Source: Pseudomonas sp.
GTDB lineage: Bacteria; Pseudomonadota; Gammaproteobacteria; Pseudomonadales; Pseudomonadaceae
NCBI RefSeq assembly: GCF_050739775.1
Contig: NZ_JBOICA010000004.1
Span: 28,664 to 92,663, forward strand
Direction: 5' to 3'
Length of the DNA stretch: 64,000 bases
The position numbers and the translations under genes are program-made. Below, in pieces: positions 56,757 to 64,000 of the stretch (within the stretch, counting starts at the first letter, position 1; every line of letters begins with the position of its first letter). Under the pieces are notes generated by a model. That model was not told the DNA's origin. It saw only the letters and a list, made by a program, of their open reading frames with translations, and ran no database searches.

Positions 56757-56796
56757 GACCGCAGTCACCGATGGGGGTGACTGCGGTCCCTTTTTC
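56757..56796 (+). terminator. Intrinsic terminator of the curli operon
   Basis: 13-bp perfect stem GACCGCAGTCACC / GGTGACTGCGGTC, then CCTTTTTC. Confidence 0.88.
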
Positions 56797-56901
56797 TGTC
56801 TCCTACCACCTGCCGACCCACTCCACCCCGCCAGAACCACCGATTCAGAGCCTTCGTTCCCGATCCGTTAATATTTTATTTTCCGCCTGAACGCTTTACA
56901 T

Positions 56902-56920
56902 GCTAATGCTAATCCTTATC
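56902..56920. promoter_or_regulatory. Fur box
   Basis: GCTAATGCTAATCCTTATC, 16/19 to GATAATGATAATCATTATC. Confidence 0.85.
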
Positions 56921-56991
56921 ATTCTCGACGCCTCGAGCAAGACCTATTTGTCCCAGGTCCCGCTCACCCTTTGTTCAAGGAGACTTTTGAC

Positions 56992-59238
56992 ATGGCGTCG
57001 CGCTTCAACCTCAGCCCCTTGAGTATTGCCTTGCTGGCAACACTGGGCTCCCCGAGTCTCAATGCTGCTCCCCTGCAACTGCAACCCGATGAAGTCCAGA
57101 TCCAAGCAACCGACCTTCCGGTCGATGGCACCCGCCAAGCCATCGAGCTGGAAAACACCAAAGTGCTGGGCACCGCCGAAGAAGAGCTCAAACAAGCCCC
57201 AGGGGTGTCGATCATCACCGCTGAAGACATCAAGAAACGCCCGCCAGTCAACGACCTTTCCGACATCATCCGCCGCGAGCCTGGGGTCAACCTCACCGGC
57301 AACAGCAGCAGCGGCGCCCGCGGCAACAATCGGCAGATCGACCTGCGCGGCATGGGTCCGGAAAACACCTTGATCCTCATCGACGGCAAGCCGTCCACCT
57401 CACGCAACGCCGTACGCTATGGCTGGAGCGGCGACCGTGACACCCGCGGCGAAACCAACTGGGTACCAGCCGAGGAAGTCGAACGCATCGAGATTCTTCG
57501 CGGCCCGGTCGCCGCGCGGTACGGTTCCGGGGCCATGGGCGGTGTGGTGAACATCATCACCAAGCGCCCGACCCAGGACCTGCGCGGCTCCATGACCCTG
57601 TACAGCATGCTCCCCGAGGACGATGCCGAAGGCACTGGCAAGCGCATCAACTTCAGCCTGAGCGGACCGCTCACCGACAGCCTGATCTTTCGCGTCTACG
57701 GCAACCTGAACAAGACCGACGCCGACGACATGAAAATCAACTCGGCACACCAGGCCTATGAAGAATCCTTGATGGCCGGCCGTGAAGGCGTGCGCAACAA
57801 GGACATCAACGGCCTGCTGAGCTGGAAGATCGACCCGGCCAACACCGTCGACCTGGAGTCAAGCTACAGTCGCCAGGGCAACATCTTCGCCGGTGACACC
57901 ATGCTCAACGCCGGCGGCGAATTCGTCGAAAGCCAGGTCGGCAAGGAAACCAACGTCATGCAACGCTCCAGTTTCGCCGCGACCCATCGCGGCGACTATG
58001 ACTGGGGCAGCTCGACCGCGTCGCTGTCCTATGACCTGACCCGTAACGACCGCCTCAATGAAGGCCTGGCCGGCTGGGGCGAAGGTGCACCGTCCGGCGG
58101 TGCCGGGCGCTTTGAATCACGTCTGCGCAACACCCGCGCCACCGGCGAGGTCAACCTGCCGCTGAGCGTCGGCCTTGAGCAAGTGCTGACCCTGGGTGGC
58201 GAATACCTTTACGAGTCGCTCAACGACCCAGGCTCGCTGCGCCCGCAAGGCTATGACCCGGGTGCCGAACTGCCGGGCTTCGACCGCTCCCAGACCAAAT
58301 CCACAGCGCACAGCTTCGCCCTTTACGCCGAGGACAACATCGAAGTCGGCGAGAACACCATCGTCACTCCCGGTCTGCGCTACGACCATCATGAAGACTT
58401 CGGCAGCAACTGGAGCCCGAGCCTGAACGCCTCGCACCAGATCACCGAAGCCCTGAGCGTCAAGGGTGGTATCGCCCGTGCCTACAAGACCCCGAACCTG
58501 TACCAGGCCAACCCCAACTACCTGCTGTACAGCCGTGGCGGTGGCTGCAACTCCAGCGAAGTCAACAATGGCGGCTGCTACCTGCTGGGCAACGCCAACC
58601 TCGATCCGGAAACCAGCATCAACAAGGAACTGGGCCTGGCCTACGACAAAGGTACCTGGCGCACCAGCGCGACCTACTTTCGCAACGACTACAAGAACAA
58701 GATCGAGGCCGGCAACCAGACCTTGTTCCGCCTGCCCAACGGCCGCCGCATCCTGCGCTGGGAAAATACCGGCAAGGCGGTGGTGCAAGGGGTGGAAGGC
58801 AACCTGTTCATCGCGCTCACGCCGAGCCTGGACTGGAATACCAACTTCACCTACATGATCGAGTCAGAAGACAAGAAAACCGGCGAACCGCTGAGCATCA
58901 TCCCCGAGTACACGGTCAACTCCACCCTGGACTGGAATGCCACTGACAAACTCTCGTTCCAGCTCAACGGTACCTACTATGGTAAGCAGGAAGCGCCCAG
59001 CTACAATGCCCGGGCCAACGAAACGCTGGACCCCAAGGTACAAAAAGATGTCGACCCCTATGGGCTGGTCGGTATCAGCAGTGGCTATGAATTCAACAAG
59101 CACCTGAGCGTGCGCGTCGGGGTCAACAATCTGTTCGACAAGCGTCTGTACCGCGAGGGAAATTCTGACGAAGCTGGCGCTTTGACCTACAACGAAGCCG
59201 GTCGGGCCTACTACGCGTCCTTCACCACATCGTTCTAA
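56992..59238 (+). CDS. TonB-dependent catecholate siderophore receptor (FepA/PfeA/PirA family)
   Basis: Start at MASRFNL; PGVNLTGNSSSGARGNNRQIDLRGMGPENTLILIDG, RDTRGETNWVP; C-terminal Phe. Confidence 0.93.
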   Translation: MASRFNLSPLSIALLATLGSPSLNAAPLQLQPDEVQIQATDLPVDGTRQAIELENTKVLGTAEEELKQAPGVSIITAEDIKKRPPVNDLSDIIRREPGVNLTGNSSSGARGNNRQIDLRGMGPENTLILIDGKPSTSRNAVRYGWSGDRDTRGETNWVPAEEVERIEILRGPVAARYGSGAMGGVVNIITKRPTQDLRGSMTLYSMLPEDDAEGTGKRINFSLSGPLTDSLIFRVYGNLNKTDADDMKINSAHQAYEESLMAGREGVRNKDINGLLSWKIDPANTVDLESSYSRQGNIFAGDTMLNAGGEFVESQVGKETNVMQRSSFAATHRGDYDWGSSTASLSYDLTRNDRLNEGLAGWGEGAPSGGAGRFESRLRNTRATGEVNLPLSVGLEQVLTLGGEYLYESLNDPGSLRPQGYDPGAELPGFDRSQTKSTAHSFALYAEDNIEVGENTIVTPGLRYDHHEDFGSNWSPSLNASHQITEALSVKGGIARAYKTPNLYQANPNYLLYSRGGGCNSSEVNNGGCYLLGNANLDPETSINKELGLAYDKGTWRTSATYFRNDYKNKIEAGNQTLFRLPNGRRILRWENTGKAVVQGVEGNLFIALTPSLDWNTNFTYMIESEDKKTGEPLSIIPEYTVNSTLDWNATDKLSFQLNGTYYGKQEAPSYNARANETLDPKVQKDVDPYGLVGISSGYEFNKHLSVRVGVNNLFDKRLYREGNSDEAGALTYNEAGRAYYASFTTSF

Positions 59239-59471
59239 AAACCTAGAGCGGGCCGTACATTACTGTGTCGGCCCTGTCTGGACTCAGCTCGATAAGAGCC
59301 CAACGGCTGTAGGAATTTTCGTCAGAAATATCCGATTAATTCAACACAGCTATACTCCTCGTACTATCGTTCCTTGATTCGACGTATTGTTGGCGCGCTT
59401 CCGGCCCTGGCCAGAGCCGCCTTCCTGAATGATTCGGGAATTTGCTTACATACTCGACAAGGAGCTGAACA

Positions 59472-60083
59472 TTGACCTCTGTGTTGATAGTTGACGACCA
59501 CTCCACCGTCCGCTTTGCCGTGCGCATGTTGCTCGAACGCGAGCACTTCACCATCGTCGGTGAGGCCAACGACGGTAAAGTTGCAGTACAGTTGGCCCGC
59601 GAGCTGCGCCCTGATGTGGTGATACTCGACATCGGTCTACCAGATATTGACGGCCTGAATGTGTTGAAGCGCTTGCAACTGCTCGAACCTGCGCCGCGCG
59701 TCATGGTGTTGACCGGTCAACCCGCCAATTTGTTTGCCCGGCGCTGCCTTGACGCTGGCGCCTCGGCATTCATGCGCAAGGACGAAGACCTTGAGGCCTT
59801 GGTGAGCGTGCTGAAAGCCATGATCAAGGGCTACTCGACCTTTCCTGACCTGTCGACACGCCACGGCCCGCTGCTTAACGAGCAGCAGCGCCTGGAAAAA
59901 CTCTCCGACCAGGAAATTGCGGTACTGCGGCTGCTGGTAAACGGGCAGTCGAATAACGACATCGCCGAGTGCATGCACCTGAGTGCCAAAACTGTCAGCA
60001 CCTACAAGACCCGGATCCTGGAAAAGCTGGAACTGCGTTCATTTGTGGAGCTGGTCGATCTATCGCGACGTCATTCGATCTGA
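59472..60083 (+). CDS. NarL/LuxR-type response regulator (BvgA/EvgA-like)
   Basis: TTG start with RBS AAGGAG; VILDIGLP; LSDQE...SNNDIA..MHLSAKTVSTYKTRILEKL. Confidence 0.9.
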   Translation: MTSVLIVDDHSTVRFAVRMLLEREHFTIVGEANDGKVAVQLARELRPDVVILDIGLPDIDGLNVLKRLQLLEPAPRVMVLTGQPANLFARRCLDAGASAFMRKDEDLEALVSVLKAMIKGYSTFPDLSTRHGPLLNEQQRLEKLSDQEIAVLRLLVNGQSNNDIAECMHLSAKTVSTYKTRILEKLELRSFVELVDLSRRHSI

Positions 60084-60090
60084 GCCTGTC

Positions 60091-63000
60091 ATGAACCTGC
60101 TCAAGGTCTCGCTGCTGGGTTGCCTGCTAAGCCTGCAGGCACTCCCCGCACGCGCCGTAGAAGTAGCTGAGCCTCGCCAGCTACTGGCCCGTTCGATCAG
60201 CAGCACGGCTCTGAAACTGTCAGCCGAAGACAGCAATTGGCTCAAGCACAAGCAGCACTTGCTGCTCGGCACAAGCGTGCCGGATTACCCTCCGTTCGAT
60301 ATCAATACCAGCAAAAGCGACTATGAAGGCCTGACCGCCGACTATGCCGGACTGATCAGTGAACTGTTAGGCATCCCGATCAAGGTCCAACGTTTTGCCG
60401 ACCGGGCCCAGGCCATTGCTGCGCTGCATGCCGGGCAGATCGATCTGCTGGGCAGTGCCAATGCCTTCGAGGCCGCCGACGCGCAACTGGTGCTTAGCCA
60501 CCCTTATACCGACGACCAAGCGGTGATTGTGATCGGCTCGGGTAAAACCCTGGGGGCCAACGACAAGCTCGAAGGGCTACGTCTGGCCATGGTCGATCAT
60601 TATCTGCCCGAAGCGGCGGTTACTGCACTTTACCCGCAAGCCAAGCTTCGGCTGTACAGCTCCAACGTGGCGGGCCTCTCGGCCGTGTCACTGGGACAAG
60701 CCGACGCCTTTCTCGGCGATGCCGTCAGCAGTGATTATCTGATCACTCGTGTCTACCTGGGCAGTGTGCAGATCGATCACTTCATCAAGAACTTGCGAGG
60801 TACCTTTGGCTTTGCCGTGTCCCGCAACAACACCACCTTGTTACGCCTGGTCGATCAAGCGCTGGACTCCATCGGTGACAATGACCGTTTGAATATCCTG
60901 CGACGCTGGACCAGCGGTAGCACCCGGGTGCTGCTCAGTCGCAGCAGCTTGAGCCTGAGCGCCGCTGAGCATACCTGGATCACACAACACCCGCGGGTCC
61001 GGGTGGCGATCAACAAACACTTTGCGCCCTTGAGCTTTTACGATGAGGGTCATCAGTTTCGCGGCATTACCGCCGATGTCCTTGATCAGATCAGTCTGCG
61101 TACCGGTCTTAAGTTCGACGTTCATGTCGTCGACTCGATGGTGGAAATCATCAAGCAGGTCGAACAAGGCAAAACCGATATCGCCGGTATGCTGTCCCCC
61201 ACTCCGGAACGCGAAGTCACCCTGCGCTTCTCCCGCCCCTACCTGATCACCCCACGCGTTCTGGTCACCCGCACCGATAACCATACCCTGCACAGTACCG
61301 AGCAACTCAAGGACAAGCGCCTGGCCGTGATACGCGGTTTTTTCCCGTTCGAGCTCCAACGACAGGTGCGTTTTCCTCGCACCACGCTGGTACAAGTCGA
61401 TAATCCACTGTTACTGATGGAGTCTGTGGCGCAGGGCAAGGCCGATGCGGCCTTGAGCTCACAGATCAATGCCGCCTATTTTGTCAACCGCATGTTCAAG
61501 GACCGACTGCAGATCGCCTCGATCTTTGGCGACCAACCCGGCATTGCCGCCTTTGCCGTGGCCCGTGACGCCACACTGTTGCACTCGATCCTCGACAAGG
61601 CCCTGCTCAGTATCCCCCCCGACGAGATGACCGAACTGGCTGGCCGCTGGCGAACCAATGCGTTGATCAGCGACAGTCTCTGGTACAACTACCGCGGGCT
61701 TATCCTGCAGATCCTGCTGGGCGCCGGTGTGCTGATCGCCGCGGTGATCATCTGGAACCGCTACCTGCGCATACTGATCCGCCAACGCAGCGAAGCCGAG
61801 CAGGCCCTGCAACTTGAACTGGGTTTCAGCAAGCGCCTGCTCGAAGAGCTGCGCCTGGCCAAAGAGCAGGCCGAAGACGCCAGTCGTGCCAAAAGTACCT
61901 TCCTGGCAACCATGAGCCATGAAATCCGTACGCCGATGAATGCCGTCATCGGCCTGCTCGAACTGGCCATCAAGGACGCTGAACAGGGACGCGCCGACCG
62001 CGCCTCCTTGCAGGTGGCGTTTGAATCGGCCAATGGCATGCTGGAGCTGCTCGGCGACGTTCTGGACATCGTCCGTATCGAATCCGGGCACATGACCCTG
62101 GCGCCACAGCCTACGGACCTCAATGCCCTGATCTCCGCCACCGTCCGCGTGTTCGAAGGCAACGCCAGGCTCAAGGGGCTGAGGCTGGAAACCGATTTAC
62201 AGCCCACTGAACACCTGGTGGCTGTCGATTCGCTGCGCCTGAAACAGATCCTCTCTAACCTGGTGAGCAATGCGATCAAGTTCACCGACCAGGGTAGTGT
62301 CAAGGTCAGCCTTCAACTCAATGACAGCCAGGCAGGGCAACTACAGGTCCTGCTCGGGGTCGAAGACAGCGGCATCGGTATCAGCGCCCAAGACCAGCAA
62401 CGACTGTTCCAGCACTTTGCCCAGGTCGGCACGCAAACGACCCGCCAGGGTACTGGCCTGGGCCTGATAATCAGCCGCACCCTGTGTGAACTCATGGGCG
62501 GTCAGTTGAACCTGCTGAGCGCCCCGCAACAGGGCACACGTGTCCATGTCACGCTGACCTTGCCCCTGGCCGAACCTGTACAGCACAACGACAGCAGGCC
62601 AACGGCGACAGACAACGCCATGCCGGCGCAGTCCATTCTGGTGGTGGACGACTACCCCGCCAACCTGATGCTGCTCGAACGCCAGCTGACGGTACTTGGC
62701 CATCGGGTCAGCCAGGCCAGCGACGGACAGCAGGCCCTGGCGCTGTGGCAACAGAACGACTTTGACACGGTCATCACCGATTGCTACATGCCCGGCATGG
62801 ACGGGCATCAGCTGGCCCGCCAGATCCGTGCCCACGAGCGCCGACTGCAGCGGCCTGCCTGCCTGATTCTCGGCCTGACCGCCAATGCCCAGGCCCAAGA
62901 GCGCGAGCGTTGCCTGGCCAGCGGCATGAACGATTGCCTGTTCAAGCCGATCGGGCTGGCTGAACTGCGTCGCCATCTGCAGGCCACGAACACTCAGACA

Positions 63001-63360
63001 GCGCTGGCACAAACCGCCGAAGAAGATTTACACGCCAGCGGCTTCGACATAGACAACCTCCAGTTCCTGACGTTGGGAGACTCCAGCCTGATCCATCGGT
63101 TGAAAGGCGAACTGGCCCGCAGCAACCATGAAGACCTCAACGCCCTGCGCGACCTTGGCCCGCAGCCTTCGCGCGATACCCTGCGCGCCCTGGTCCACCG
63201 AATCAAGGGTGGGGCCAAAATGATCAAGGCGCGCGGCGTGGTGCGCAATTGCGAAGCCCTGGAGCAGGCCAGTCTCGGCGATGCCTCGAACGACCAGCTC
63301 AAGGCCTTGCTGGATACCTTGGAGCAGAGCCTGCTGACCCTGGAAAAACAACTGACCTAA
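60091..63360 (+). CDS. Unorthodox hybrid sensor kinase with two periplasmic Venus-flytrap domains (BvgS/EvgS-like)
   Basis: Start at MNLLKV; two PBP domains (DYPPF; HFAPLSF), TM, SHEIRTPMN, NAIKFT, REC TDCYMPG, HPt HRIKGGA. Confidence 0.9.
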   Translation: MNLLKVSLLGCLLSLQALPARAVEVAEPRQLLARSISSTALKLSAEDSNWLKHKQHLLLGTSVPDYPPFDINTSKSDYEGLTADYAGLISELLGIPIKVQRFADRAQAIAALHAGQIDLLGSANAFEAADAQLVLSHPYTDDQAVIVIGSGKTLGANDKLEGLRLAMVDHYLPEAAVTALYPQAKLRLYSSNVAGLSAVSLGQADAFLGDAVSSDYLITRVYLGSVQIDHFIKNLRGTFGFAVSRNNTTLLRLVDQALDSIGDNDRLNILRRWTSGSTRVLLSRSSLSLSAAEHTWITQHPRVRVAINKHFAPLSFYDEGHQFRGITADVLDQISLRTGLKFDVHVVDSMVEIIKQVEQGKTDIAGMLSPTPEREVTLRFSRPYLITPRVLVTRTDNHTLHSTEQLKDKRLAVIRGFFPFELQRQVRFPRTTLVQVDNPLLLMESVAQGKADAALSSQINAAYFVNRMFKDRLQIASIFGDQPGIAAFAVARDATLLHSILDKALLSIPPDEMTELAGRWRTNALISDSLWYNYRGLILQILLGAGVLIAAVIIWNRYLRILIRQRSEAEQALQLELGFSKRLLEELRLAKEQAEDASRAKSTFLATMSHEIRTPMNAVIGLLELAIKDAEQGRADRASLQVAFESANGMLELLGDVLDIVRIESGHMTLAPQPTDLNALISATVRVFEGNARLKGLRLETDLQPTEHLVAVDSLRLKQILSNLVSNAIKFTDQGSVKVSLQLNDSQAGQLQVLLGVEDSGIGISAQDQQRLFQHFAQVGTQTTRQGTGLGLIISRTLCELMGGQLNLLSAPQQGTRVHVTLTLPLAEPVQHNDSRPTATDNAMPAQSILVVDDYPANLMLLERQLTVLGHRVSQASDGQQALALWQQNDFDTVITDCYMPGMDGHQLARQIRAHERRLQRPACLILGLTANAQAQERERCLASGMNDCLFKPIGLAELRRHLQATNTQTALAQTAEEDLHASGFDIDNLQFLTLGDSSLIHRLKGELARSNHEDLNALRDLGPQPSRDTLRALVHRIKGGAKMIKARGVVRNCEALEQASLGDASNDQLKALLDTLEQSLLTLEKQLT

Positions 63361-63385
63361 CCCGCGTCCGTGAGTTGAAGGGCAC

Positions 63386-64000
63386 TCAGTGCAACTGCAA
63401 GGTCGAGTTGATCTGACTGATGGCATCGACTACGTGCCGGGAGCCCTGCTGGATTTCCAGGATCACCTCCCCGGCCTCATTGGCCAGCTCCACGCCAATC
63501 CCGGTCCGGCTCAGGCTTGATTGCATGCTCGCTACAGCGGTCAACGACAGGTCGTGGTTCTGGCGCACCACCTCGACAATTTCCAGGGTCGCCTTGCTGG
63601 TGCGCGCCGCCAGGTTACGCACCTCATCGGCCACAACGGCAAACCCCCGACCGTGCTCACCGGCCCGTGCCGCTTCGATGGCCGCATTGAGGGCCAGCAG
63701 GTTGGTCTGGTCGGCAATGCCACGAATGGTCTGCACGATCTGCCCGATCAGTTCCGATTGTTTGCTCACCGCATCGATACTGCGCGCGGCCGCATTGAGG
63801 TTCTGGGAAATCTCTTCGATCACTTGCACGGTCTGTTGCACCACCTGAGAGCCCTTGCGCGCGCAGGCATCATTCTGCACAGAAGTGGCATGCGCAGCCT
63901 CGGCGGCCGTCTGCTGGGTGCTGACCTGGGAGGTAATATCACTGGCGAACTTGACCACTTTGAACAACCGGCCCCGGGTGTCGAAGATCGGGTTATAGGA
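63386..64000 (-). CDS. PAS-containing methyl-accepting chemotaxis protein (BdlA/Aer-like), 3' part; runs off window end
   Basis: [23 protein letters not shown] (PAS end), then [37 protein letters not shown]. Confidence 0.9.
   Translation of the reverse strand, partial: SYNPIFDTRGRLFKVVKFASDITSQVSTQQTAAEAAHATSVQNDACARKGSQVVQQTVQVIEEISQNLNAAARSIDAVSKQSELIGQIVQTIRGIADQTNLLALNAAIEAARAGEHGRGFAVVADEVRNLAARTSKATLEIVEVVRQNHDLSLTAVASMQSSLSRTGIGVELANEAGEVILEIQQGSRHVVDAISQINSTLQLH

Noticed and set aside
59308-59315. EvgA/BvgA-type half-site TGTAGGAA upstream of the RR
   Set aside because: Only one half-site; too short to support.

Overview
A 64 kb, GC-rich chromosomal window from a Pseudomonas (REP elements, codon style and gene families all fit; probably putida/fluorescens lineage). 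I found no rRNA, tRNA, CRISPR array, integrase or transposase. Layout: (1) 1-16.9 kb, an aru-type catabolic region resembling the P. aeruginosa arginine-transaminase locus (aruI-like TPP decarboxylase, acyl-CoA ligase/dehydrogenase/hydratase, APC permease, AruS/AruR-like two-component system, TetR, aldolase II, polyamine-type SBP, flavin oxidoreductase, XRE-cupin), interrupted by a structured repeat plus REPs. (2) 17-22 kb, DUF3313-like lipoprotein, OsmC, sdaC/sdaA and a LysR. (3) 22-43 kb, a 14-gene Wzx/Wzy exopolysaccharide operon (uronic-acid precursors, many decorating enzymes; probably related to the Pap cluster), with a divergent phosphotransferase-like gene, FleQ-like boxes and a convergent GGDEF-EAL gene. 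(4) 43-46.4 kb, gapN with a Cra-like box, a VOC gene with a strong LexA box, and a DUF1173-like gene. (5) 46.4-56.8 kb, the most interesting part: a sigma54 response regulator and two paralogous sensor kinases (both with an atypical H-S-L-R-N H-box) sit divergent from a predicted sigma54 operon encoding two paralogous secreted proteins of an unrecognised beta-rich family followed by curli-like CsgB and a 20-repeat CsgA. No csgEFG is present in the window. (6) 57-64 kb, a Fur-boxed FepA-type receptor, a BvgAS/EvgAS-like pair and a truncated PAS-MCP. All assignments come from reading motifs by eye; no searches were run.
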